DNA of 59,283 bases, filler included, from Jimgerdemannia flammicorona (lineage: Eukaryota), in assembly GCA_003990765.1 (NCBI GenBank). It is 2 parts of 2 records of this genome, joined end to end, with 100 filler letters (N's around TTAATTAATTAA, not from the genome) between each part and the next. Parts side by side here need not be neighbours in the genome. Positions count along the whole stretch, not along the records: positions 1 to 29,606 come from RBNJ01000482.1; 1 more part is not named here. One strand, 5' to 3'. Position 1 is the stretch's first letter. Each line of letters begins with the position of its first letter. Shown in pieces: positions 12,878-23,977 of this stretch. Below the pieces are notes generated by a model. It was not told where the DNA came from. It did not search any database and saw only the letters and a program-made list of their open reading frames with translations. The translations under genes were made by a program, and so were the position numbers.

Positions 12878-14380
12878 TTAAATACGATCTTTTATCCGAT
12901 ACTTAGATTTAGCCCTCAAAGTCACAGCGGGGTACACCTTGTCCGGAAGGTCGGTCCATGCAATCCCCCAGTTAATTCCATTAACTGAAAGGGCGCAAGT
13001 ATGTTCACCATTATCCAGATGGATAGTCACCACATCGCGATGACGAAGAGGGGCACCATATTCACGGGCCTTTCCCGCCCCACATACTATATGCTGAGTA
13101 TCCGTACTCTGGAATGTCCACGCCGATACCTTGTTCCACATGAAGGAATCGAAGGTAGTGAACTCCTCGCCCACCAACCCAATCTCGCTGTAGGAACTCC
13201 GGCTATACGATGCATCGGACTCGATCATTATGTCCCATTCGCACAGCCCCTCCGGAGTCGTCGTCCCGGGGACGCAGATCCGTGCCGTCTGCCTTATGGA
13301 TGCCTCAGTCCCAACAGAAAGCTTCAAAAACTTGCCGTCGTCTGAGACAACAACGCGCGAACCGATCTTCGACCGATCCCACTGGAGATCCTTACGATTT
13401 TGACATTGTCGATGCCCGGACAGGTAGGGCACGATGTTCTTGCACGCGCGGTGACAAAAGGCCATGTAGTGCGGAGACCTTTCCGCAAACCCGTCGACCG
13501 CCTTCGTCAGGTTCTTCAGGCGAAGCGGACACACACGGGTGAAATCCACATGCTTCATCATTTTTAGCAACACCGAGATATTTTCTAGTCGAATTTTACC
13601 ATCGCATCCCGAAACCATATTAGTGACATCACGCAAAACACCGTGACGCTCCACATCCACGACATTGGGTTCAGACTCTTCGGCAAACGCCCAAACCCAG
13701 TCGACGATACATAACAGCAGGTCGTATTCGGGAGTGACGAAGGAAGTCGCGTTGCGTTCTGCGAGGAACATCTCGACAGCCTCTTCGGAGAGGCCTGCCA
13801 GCTCTCCAAAGGCGAGTATACGAGTATGGAAGGGCTTCAGGAGTACGTCGTAGAGGTCCTTACTAGCCTCACTCCGGGGGATAGAGGCGGCGGCTTCGTT
13901 GAGGAGGGATTTGAGGATGTCAAAGTCGAGAATATGTTGCACACGTTCTAGTACCATCGCCATGAGCTTTTGGAGGAGAAAGAAACTTGCTGCGCGGTAA
14001 ACGTCCACGGCGATGGTGACGGTGGTGTCGTCGATTGATTCGGTGTAGATGAAGCCTAGGATAACGTTGAGCTCTGCAGAGTTGAAGCCGTGGAGGACGA
14101 CTCGCTGCGAGATACTCTCTTGCATAATTCCGTACAGCATTGCTTTAAATACGGGGCACCTTTGCAACCATATGACATTAATGAATATGAGATGGATCTA
14201 CAAAAACCACGAGAAGCAATCAAAAAACCATCAAACACACCTGGCGGCCAGCACAGCACGACAAGCGCCAAGTTCGACGCCATCGGCGCAGACAATGGTT
14301 ACATCATGGTAGGTGGTGTCCGTCCATATGGAGGCGATGTCGGCCTTGAGACTAAGACCACTCTCGGATTGCACGTTCAT
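12878..14380 (-). CDS. BTB/POZ - helical linker - SPRY (B30.2/ConA-like) protein, 2 exons (14380-14241, 14159-12878), 473 aa
   Basis: Exon 1 MNVQ...YHDVTIVCADGVELGACRAVLAAR joins CPVFKAMLYG...LGFIYT (BTB) across an 81-bp GT..AAG intron. The C-terminus has SPRY motifs (CEWDI, IGLV, DVVTIHLD, VYPAVTL). The spliced length of 1422 nt is in frame. Confidence 0.88.
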
Positions 14381-14420
14381 GTTTAGCGTTTGATTGCGGC
14401 TTTTTTGGGGTTACGGATTC

Positions 14421-14484
14421 AAGATATGGCGCAGTGAAGATATGGCGCAGTGAAGATATGGCGCAGTGAAGATATGGCGCAGTG
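14421..14484. repeat. Perfect 16-bp tandem repeat (aagatatggcgcagtg) x4, ~40 bp upstream of the BTB-SPRY start codon
   Basis: Seen directly in the sequence. Confidence 0.95.
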
Positions 14485-15910
14485 AATTAACGATACGTTG
14501 ACCGATGGTACCTTCCCGTCGTTACACAAACATCGCCAAGTCGCGAGATAGTCGAAGTCTATCTCTGTCTTGTTCGATAATACAGCCTAAAATTGTTGGA
14601 TTTAGGATGACGCGGTTACTAAGGATTCCACTATGGGAAACGTCGTAGAGCCACCGGGAAAGCCTGAAAATGACTTAGCATGCGCAGTATGACGTTCCTG
14701 GTAATAGATGTATAAAAAGGAGAATTTACATTTGACGAATATCATGGGCAGCGACTCTCTATGTAAAATACTGGCAATAAGAATGTCGTAATGAAGAATA
14801 ATTTGGTGCTCAGGTCTTTTAGAAGATTTAACGAGGAGCCGTACAATATTATTTATTGGCGTCATCCATAGTTCTCGGCTATAAAAGTCAAACACAAATA
14901 TGTCATGTCCGTTTTCGACCAATAAAAACATTCTCGATCCAACTAGCGACACTAATGCAATGCACCGCGGGATATAATTGATCGTTTTTAATTCAATAGA
15001 GCAGCATCTTACCGCAATGATCAGAGGATCTAGCTCCGAAGAGTATCAAGATCTTCAAATCCGGGCAAACGGGATCACCTTCCACACATCCGACACATTT
15101 CTTCTCAGAGGAATAATCCGGACAGATTTTTTATATGGTAGGTGAAAGCAAAATGTGGCCGAGATCAGGCAGCACCGCCAAAATGAAAATTTGAATTCAT
15201 CGGCGGCTACATGGATGTGGACTTAAATCCAAGAGGACGATAACGTGTGTCGTGGACGATGGCGAGCTGCCCCTCATTGACAAGAATGGACCATATCACG
15301 TTCGACTAGCTTATTACCACAGTACGGTTGTGGCAACAATGTGCGAGAGTATATATTAAATTAGCTTGTTCAGTCGACTTCCATGTTGAGATAAAAAAGT
15401 GGGGCTAATTCATATAGACAAATGAGTATATGTAACATTTACAGCCTTGGCCGCAAATTTTTCACGAATAAAAATATCCGCTTTGTGCCGTTCAGCGGAA
15501 TGTCTGCGTTATCACTGATCAAATAGCGAATTTAAAAAGCAGCTAATTCATAGCAAAAAAAAAAAAGAAAAAGAAACGTAAACTAGAATCTTATTGTTTT
15601 TTAATGAAGGAAATATACATATACCCCTTAGTTCGTTGTCACAACATGCAAACTTGCATGCTTATATACATGATAATGGTTTTATATTATGAAAAAATTC
15701 TTTAATGTTGCAGGATTTTATTTTATTTTATTTTATTTTTATAAATTCAAAATTTTTTACAATTAACTTTATGTTTCATTCATATTTAAATGTAAAAATA
15801 TCTAAGGGATATATTTATAACATGATAGCTTTTTATCAGATAGTAAAAAAAAAAAATAGGTTATACAAACAAATCCCTCAATATATGCCAAACTGTAAGG
15901 AGTGGAGAAT

Positions 15911-17374
15911 TTAAATACGATCTTTTATCCGATGCCCTCAAAGTCACAGCGGGATACACCTTGTCCAGAAGGTCGGTCTATGCAATCCCCTGCCTAAGTC
16001 CATTGATTGAAAGGGCGCAAGTATGTTTACCATTATCCAAATGGATAGTCACCACATCGCGACGACGAAGAGGGCCACCATATTCATGGGCCTTTCCCGA
16101 CCCACATACCATATATCGATTAATCGTACACTGGAATGCCCACGCCGATGGCTTATTCCACACCAAGGAATCGAAGGTAGTGAACTCCTCGCCCACCAAC
16201 CCAATCTCGCTATAGGCACTCCGGCTATATAATCTTCGGACTCGACCAATATGTCCCATTCACACAGCCCCTCGTCCCGGGGACGCAGATCCGTGCCGTC
16301 TGCCTTGTGGAAGCCTCGGTCCCAACAGAAAGCTCCATGACCTTGCCGTCGTCTAAGACAACAACGCGCGAACCGACCTTTGACCGATCCCACTGGAGAT
16401 CCTTACGATTTTGACATTCTCGATGTCGGAATAGGTAGGGCACAATGTTCTTGCACGCGCGGTGACAAAAGGCCATGTAGTGCGGAGATGTCTCCGCAAA
16501 CTCGTCGACCGCCTTGGTCAGGCTCTTTAGGCGATGCGGGGGTGAAATCCACATGCTTCATGTTCAGCAACATCGAGATATTTTGCAGTCGAATTTTACC
16601 ATCGTATCCCGGAATCATATTAGCGACATTACGTAAGATATCACGACGTTCCTCATCATTGGGTCCAGGCTCTTCGGCAAGCGACCAAGCCAAGTCGACG
16701 ATGCATACCAGTAGGTCGTATTCGGGAGTGACGAAGGTGGTCGCATTAATTTCTGCGAGGAGCAGCTCGATAGCCTCTTCCGAGATATCTGCCAGTTCTC
16801 CAATGGCGAGCAAGCGATTAGAGAAGGGCTTGAGTGGCACGGCGTAGATGTCCTTGCTAGCTTCACTCGGAGGGATGGAGGCGACAGCTTCGTCGAGGAG
16901 GGATTTGGAGACGCCAAAGTCGGAAATATGTTGCACACGTTCCAGCACCATCGCCACGAGTTTTGGGAGGAGAAGGAAACTTTCTGCGCGGTATCGTCCA
17001 CGGCGGCAGTGACGGGTAGTGTCATCGATTGATTCAGTGTGGATGAAGCCTAGGACAACGGTGAGCTCTGCGGAGTTGATGTCGTGGAGGACGACTCGCT
17101 GCGAAATGCTCTTTTGCATGACTCCGTACAGCATTGCCTTAAAGAAAGGACACCTTTGGAAATATATGGAATTAATTAATATGGGATAGATCTACAAAAA
17201 CCACGAGACGCAATCAAGAAATCATCAAGCACACCTGGCGGCCAGCACAGCGCGACAAGCGCCAAGTTCGACGCCATCGGCGCAGACAATGGTTACATCA
17301 TGGTAGGTGATGTCCGTCCATATGGAGGAGATGTCGGCCTTGAGACTAAGACCACTCTCGGATTGTACGTCCAT
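15911..17374 (-). pseudogene. Tandem paralog of the BTB-SPRY gene, frameshifted
   Basis: Colinear with 12878-14380, including the intron. Indels near 15933, 16270, 16535 and 17000 split the protein over several ORFs. Confidence 0.88.
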
Positions 17375-18974
17375 GTTTTAGTGTTTGATCACGTGTTACG
17401 GATGGAAACATTGACTGCGTCCTACATTACAAGCTTAATTTTGCATATACCAATTCTCGAAACAAGGAGTTGCAGTTAATAATCATTACGTATTTGTGGT
17501 TCGAATAAGTTCAAAAAAGAGGTGGGGGTAAAATGGTAGAAAGTGTCGTTGTCTCTAAAATATGGACACGGAGAAAACTTGTCACCCCATCCCACACATC
17601 TCTGATCGGTGTGGTACGAGGAATTTCATCCTTGGGACTTTCGGACACCCCGCCTCACTCTCGCGTGCCAAAGTCATTTCTCTAATGGCAAACTGCCGAA
17701 ATAATCCCCCTCCCACCCCACCCCAACTACGAACTCAACGGCTACCCTACACACTCCCGCAATGACGAGCCGCCAAAATTGCTCGGTAATTACATGTACA
17801 CCACGTCCCCTTTCGCGTCTTTGGGCTTCTCGACATCTTTCTTGCGGACATTACGTCGACAAGGGAAATGGAGAGGCTTCTGGCATTAACGTAGTTGGTG
17901 GCAGCACACAGGACGAAATGGACGGGAAGGTTACGAAGGTGAAGGTGCCGGTGCTGTCGAGGACTGTGACGTCATCAGAATTTTGTAACCATCAAGGTGT
18001 CAGTCTATCCACTCCGCAATCTATTGTCCATCAGCAACTCAGCGCTCTGCAATACATTGTCCAACAGCATCTCATCGCTCCGGAATTCATCATTGTTCAG
18101 TCAATTATTGCGTAAACATCTATCCGCTTAAATTTACACTCAAATATATTGCTTTATTTGAAAGTATATTTATGTGGAAAATTTAAAAATAGGAAAATCA
18201 ATGTTTGCGATAGCGCTCTAAATGGGACGTAAGTTTCAGTACAAATTATACCAATGCATTGGTCGGAGTCGTAATGTTGGTGTTTCGCGTGTCCATGACA
18301 GTTCCAAAAGACACTCGACAACGCTGCTACGTACCTCGTACCACTATACTCCACTCATCCACATTTAGGAAGAGGATTGCACATTCGAAGTCTCGTTGGG
18401 CAATCCTACGGTCGAGGTATATACATATGCCCATAACTTCGAAGTGATTTTCATCAAGCAATATTTTGCGGGTGCCAGGAGAATGTCATCATATAACCCG
18501 GGTATTGAAGCAAGGAACAAAGACTTGTCTCATGCACACCATTAAAGGCATCGCTAGTCGGCGTTAGCTGAGAGGGCGGTCGGGCCGGTTCGGTCTAGTT
18601 GCTTGGCAGGTCGATCATCGGCTTGCCATGCAGTATCAGTCTTTAAATAGCTTAGACCTGTGTCTACGAAATACCGTTGGGATTCGGTTTATTAAAGGGT
18701 TCGTTCTGACAGATAGAATCGGCCGGTGAGCGTTCTTGAGCAAACATGCAAAGGTGACGGAACCCATTACGAAGTTACAGACAATGGTTCACATAGTTCT
18801 AATGTGGATCGTGCAGTTCTCTAAACAGGAGGGGCCGACGGGGTCAGGTTCCGCAGGCAACGGACCTCCAAGGACTTAGTAGCATTGGATTTTGGATGTG
18901 AGGAGAAACAGTGAGTCAATATTGGACCACACTTTTCCCGCTTTTCGTGTCGTCCATCATTCCTGATCCACAGC

Positions 18975-19115
18975 ACAGTACCGAATTTGGAGATACAACC
19001 GGGCGAGTGATCAGGTCGTCACGCGCACCGCCAAGGTGTTCGTTCTTCGCACCCTCTCCGGGCAGCTCTAAACCATGATCGTGGGGGATATAGTCCACCT
19101 CAGGAGTGACGAGTA
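18975..19115 (+). pseudogene. Possible degenerate P4-type ATPase (flippase) exon fragment
   Basis: One frame reads IWRYNRASDQVVTRTAKVFVL...MIVGDIVHLRSDE, resembling the actuator-domain VGDIV motif. It is short and contains stops. Confidence 0.3.
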
Positions 19116-20239
19116 ATAAATTTGCAATTACTCCTTGGTTTTGGTGCATTTCGCGAATTTTTATAAACTGCCCCATAGATAATATTTTTACTCCATATTT
19201 CATCAGCGTGAATAGTGGCTCACTTGATATTAAGGGAATTTTGTTTTATTCAACGTCAATGGGTATTATTTTATTCAATGCATGAAGCATATGATAGTAT
19301 AAAGTTCGGTTCGGTTCGGTTCCAACAAGTATATATAACATTACTCTATTCCATTCGGATCGAACCAGACCTGAGGTTTGGTTCGGTTTGGTCCTGTCCC
19401 TTAACCGACCAGAGTTTGGGATGGCATGACCCAATCACCGAAAGTTATTGTCATACCACCTCCAGATTTTCGAACGTGGTGCGGGCTTTGGCAAATGCTA
19501 GGAAGTGGCAGAGCCGCAATAACATCTTCGTCGTCGACACCAAAGTAGTCGGAGAATTTGCCGCTGGTGGCGTTTTTCGTTAAACGTTTTTTGATTCCAT
19601 GCTGGCCAACGCAAATAAGTAATGATTGGTATGTTCATTTTAAGCTTTTTGATCCTTGAGATTCCGAAATTCTTTTTCCAAAGGCATCGTTCTTTAGGTC
19701 AGTAGTTATATCAATAAAAAATAAAATAAAACAAAACATATATGAGCAATGGGAGTCATGAAGGGCAGGGCATAGTTGTAGCTTACCTATTTTATGCTCC
19801 AGTCAGTTAGTTGCGTGTGAGAGAAAGAGATTGTGTCACGGTGATGATGTCCTCAACGTCACGCGCACGGACAACCTTTCCTTTTGCAGGAGCGGATGTG
19901 ACTATAGATATAGTTGTAGGTGCAGATACGAATACAACTTCAGATTTTAAGGTCCAGGTTCGGCTCATGACTACATATGCAGCTGATGTAAAATATATTG
20001 TCTCGCGACAAGACACTTCAAGATGAACGGGAACGCAAACACCACGACTGGATAGCACTGTATGAGAAAGGGATCGCTTGTTAAGGAGAGAGTTGTAAAG
20101 GGACAGGATCTCGAGTGCATTCCATATTATAGAGCTATTCTAGGCGAACATGGCCGATGAAGAGGAAAACGGTTGACAAAATGGAACTAGTCAAATGATA
20201 AATCGAACTATTTCTGACAGAAGAATACATAAATCGTTT

Positions 20240-20447
20240 TCAGCAAAAAATAGCAAGCTCCCTTCTTGCCAGGGGTTATTGCCTACAAAAGAACACAAAT
20301 TCATACGCGGGAATGTCAGCTGGATCACTAAAAAAAAATGTAATGCGCTTGGTTCCCACATACAACAAAGATCCAGGCTTTGCAGACTCGTGTTCATTTT
20401 CAGCGCTTCAGCTAGTGCGCTGGCTCCCTTCTCGCCAATGTCATTCC
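20240..20447 (-). pseudogene. Orphan ribonuclease-inhibitor-type LRR exon (20447-20364, 84 nt) plus a degenerate following exon
   Basis: The exon reads tag|G-NDIGEKGASALAEALKMNTSLQSLDLC|gtatgt, exactly 28 codons. The next acceptor at 20283 leads into a broken GNN... repeat. Confidence 0.75.
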
Positions 20448-20498
20448 CTATAGAGGAACACATAGGCTAAAACACTAAAAAAACAAATACAAAAATAA

Positions 20499-20882
20499 TT
20501 GAATCCAGGATATTATATGCCAATATTCTCAGCTATATTAATTCTGTCACGTGACATTCAAATAAAAATGTACAGGGCATTGTTGCCATGATACGTGATA
20601 GTCAAGAACAGACCCCTCATTGTTGATGGCAACCCTTGCGCGTCACGTCGGATCGTTTCGATACTAACTGAATTCTCTGCCTTACTGCAGATTACCTCGA
20701 GCACACCTAATCCGCCCCTACGCCTTGACCAATTGACATTATTTACATTGATACAAAAAAGCAAATTGAAAGGTTTCGGCCATCGACAGACGAAAGAATT
20801 CGAGACATCAATGCGCGCAGTCCGAGGGTTCGCGGAAATAGGTCCGAAGCAAATGCCTGCTCGGGAAGACTTTTACCGTGGT
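20499..20882 (+). repeat. Direct repeat copy 1, upstream of the Cys-rich gene
   Basis: Shares blocks ttgaatccaggata, aaaaatgtac..ttgccatgata, cattgttgatggcaacccttgc and gctcgggaagacttttaccgtggt with 22443-23121. Confidence 0.85.
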
Positions 20883-21159
20883 TCGTGCCCCTAAAGGTGC
20901 ACGATCGTGACGAAACCGAATGTAGATGTTCTGATTTGTGTATTTCGTACCGCAATATTTAGTACGAGCAGTTTGTACATTATGTCAACGATTGAGCATT
21001 TGTCGAACTAAACTGACAAAATTGCTTACTTCGAAAACTGAAATCTCAATAAAGATTCGTATACGCCAAAGCTGATTTATGGTGATATATACAAAACTAC
21101 TGACGTAGTGACAAACCAAATATATCGATTACTCTGTCTTCTTCTGGTCGGAAGAAACA

Positions 21160-21166
21160 TATAAAA
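21160..21166 (+). promoter_or_regulatory. Putative TATA box (TATAAAA) of the Cys-rich gene
   Basis: Lies ~160 bp upstream of ATG 21321 and is followed by a CA-rich 5'UTR-like stretch. AATAAA at 22369-22374 lies downstream of the stop. Confidence 0.5.
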
Positions 21167-21320
21167 GAGTATATCCGCACCACTTCTTAACCTTCAGCTC
21201 ATTCTCACAGCGACAAAGCAAGCAAAGCATTCATATCCACAGCTCAATTCGGCTCATTCAATCAACACAATCATTTTTCTATCCACACTTAACCAAACCC
21301 ACACCACCACTAAATGCAAA

Positions 21321-22257
21321 ATGGCCAAGCAATCCGCTGTCTTCCTCCTCCTAGCCGCCTAGACCCTCCTCGGTCACCTCGGCGCTGCCAATCCTATCAC
21401 CAACCCTAGCACTGAGCACCAAGAACGCGACTTTGCCGCTCTAGGCTTCGGCGGTGGCTGCGGCCAACCGTATGCAGCCCTCGGTGGGTGTGCGACACCG
21501 TGCGCTGAGAACTACAACACGGCGTGCAACGATGCGAACCAGTGCGGCCGCAACGTGGCGTACGAAAATCATGGGCACGTCTGAGCAAGGCCAAACGTGA
21601 TGCCGATGACGAGGTCGAAAAGCGGTGCAAGACCCCTGCGGGCTCGGTGCCTACCATGACTTTGGCGCATGCGGCTCCCCCGGTGGCTTTAGTGCGTGCG
21701 ACTGTGGCTGTGGTGGTTGCAAAACCTTCGGTCCCTGCAATGACTTCGGCGCATGCGGCTCTTCCTGTAGTTTTGGTGCGTGCAGCTATGGCTGTGGTGG
21801 TTGCGAGGCTTTTGGTACCTATGGTCTCGGCGTCTGGGGTTTGCCTTATGGCTTCGGCGCAAGCGGTCTTCCCTGCGATGATACTTGCGGTGGCGGCTGC
21901 GATGTTTTGGGCTACGACTGCTTCAAAAGGCGTGACCTCTCCAAGGAAAAGCGATGCGACACCCCCTACGGTTTTGGCTACCCTTACGGCTACGGTGCTT
22001 CATACGGCTATGGTGTTCCATGCGGCGTGTATGGTTCCTGCGGTTTCTGTGGCCCATGCGTGGTGAGCTCCAACACTGTATGCAACAACGCCGACCAGCG
22101 CTGCAACAACGTGGCGTACGAGAACTGCAATCACGTTTCCTGCAACGTGTGCAAGGACTGCGACACAGCGTGTTGCGCAAACAAGAACGCCCGCCGTAAC
22201 GATTGTGCGGCTAATCGCTTTCTTAAAGCGGTTGAAGAGTGTTGGCTGTGTAAATAG
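21321..22257 (+). pseudogene. Secreted Cys/Gly-rich multi-module precursor with Kex2-type (KR/RR) sites, disrupted
   Basis: The signal peptide MAKQSAVFLLLAA*TLLGHLGAA has a TAG at 21360, and there are frameshifts near 21581 and 21636. Spacers LSKAKRDADDEVEKR and KRRDLSKEKR precede CxTP modules, and the motif NVAYEN occurs twice. Confidence 0.78.
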
Positions 22258-22442
22258 AACCAAGTTCGTCTGTACACGTTTTCAGAGTGGTAGTCTGTAC
22301 ATATGTTCATATTGATATATACTGTTCATAGCATTATAACCGAACAAAAACTCAATCTCAAAGTAGTGAATAAAGTCATGCCAATCCCAGTGACACTTCT
22401 CAAGCATCACTTATTTTGTCCATCAAAATTGTCGTGAAAATA

Positions 22443-23121
22443 TTGAATCCAGGATAATATATTCTCATATTCTCAATGTTTACATGTTGTCAAGTTGTTT
22501 ACATATTCTCAAGTTGTTTGCATATTCTCGAGTTGTTTAAATATTCTCAAGTCGTTTGCATATTCTCAAGTTGTTTGCATATTCTCAAGTTGTTTGCATA
22601 TTCTCAAGTTGTTTGCATATTCTCAAGTTGTTTTCATATTCTCAAGTTGTTTGCATATTCTCAAGTTGTTTGCATATTCTCAAGTTGTTTGCATATTCTC
22701 TGCTATCCGCCATTCCTTAATCGTATTTCAAGACATTCACTTTAGCCTTCAAATATAAAAATGTACACGGTATCTGTTGCCATGATATGTGATTGTCAAG
22801 AGCAGACCCCATTGTTGATGGCAACCCTTGCTCTTCACGTCGGGAATTACTGAATTCACAGCCTTGCCGCTGATTATCCCGAGCACACCAATCCCGCCAT
22901 ACACCTCGACCAATTAACTCCATTTAGGTTGAATGTATAGCCTGCAAGTTTAGTCCACCACAAAACACAAACCGTTTCTCTTAACCACGTTGACAGTCAA
23001 AATCGGACATACGGCATTCGACCCTCAAAGTGGGATATTCTGGGAACGGATGCACGCTGTCCTAGGGTTCGCGGATATAGATCCGAAGAGAAAGCCCGCT
23101 CGGGAAGACTTTTACCGTGGT
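22443..23121 (+). repeat. Direct repeat copy 2, downstream of the Cys-rich gene, with minisatellite expansion
   Basis: Homologous to 20499-20882. Confidence 0.85.
22465..22700. repeat. 19-bp minisatellite (catattctcaagttgtttg), about 12 copies
   Basis: Seen directly in the sequence. It gives a 19-aa periodicity in the overlapping spurious ORFs. Confidence 0.95.
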
Positions 23122-23977
23122 CTAGAAGAGGGATCACCGGTTAGATTTGGAAGTCAGAGATTTGATATATTAAATTATTTTTTTCTCTAAACAGGAATCG
23201 ACAAAGCCCCAAGTATGTCTTGCACTAGTTACCCATTAAACGTATTGTATGTTACATATCAGGATTTAGCGCGAATGGCCAAGCGCAACGTCATAGGCAA
23301 AAATACAATAGTCACGTGTGGCGAAGGGGCTTGGGCTAAGTTATAAGGGATACAGGATAGTGTGAAATACGATATCGTCGGATAGCTCCATAGGGGTCGT
23401 TCCGTGTCGGGGTTTGTATATAGTTATGGAAGGCTAAATATACGGGGGTGCCTTATTACGTTCATATAAGGAAGTTACATTAATAAAAATGAAGGCGCGA
23501 AGGCCTATTAAGGGACGCGTAGAGGACGATTCCGGTTGCCAGACTATCTTACGTAATAGCGTGATTTCAATCTTCATTATGGCCGATATTGGGGGCCATC
23601 ATTAGCGAGGAAATACATTGTCTCATGGAAGCGAAGGTAGAAACGATCGTGCGAGAAATAATGGCACGGCGGTAATGTGGCCGCGTCCGGCTATCAGCTT
23701 AGGCGGTATGCATTTTTTTATTTTATATTTTTATTCTGGTAATGACCCACATCTGGCTATCGGCCTGGACGGAATGAATTATTACCATTCATTTAATTGT
23801 GTATTTGCATCAGTTTAATATCTTGGGAAACCTTCGCGGAGGCAAATAGCTCAGATTTCAGGCTATAACTTTATCAAAGGTAATAACACAATAAATATAC
23901 AATTTATTCCCTAGAATAATTTCGGATGATAATTTCGTTCGTACATTGCCAATTCGTCTTTCAGCCATTCAACTTTT

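Noticed and set aside
13001..17025. Antisense and alternative-frame ORFs over the BTB-SPRY copies
   Set aside because: They are shadow ORFs of GC-rich coding sequence.
17562..18447. Short plus-strand ORFs (67, 117 and 62 aa)
   Set aside because: No recognisable motif or convincing gene structure. They may be gene debris, but a call cannot be supported.
19807..20058. 83-aa minus-strand ORF
   Set aside because: It has a non-ATG start, no recognisable homology and no clear splice sites.
21360..21362. In-frame TAG as stop-codon readthrough or an alternative genetic code
   Set aside because: The same gene has two frameshifts, and TAG terminates both this gene and the 99-aa gene, so pseudogenisation or sequence error is simpler.
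21406..22263. Overlapping ORFs (Ala/Val-rich 180 aa and antisense ORFs)
   Set aside because: They are shadow frames of the Cys-rich gene. Only 21581-21636 of the 180-aa ORF belongs to the real protein.
22476..22758. ORFs with 19-aa periodicity, or a possible CRISPR-like array
   Set aside because: These are translations of a 19-bp minisatellite. There are no unique spacers and no cas genes.
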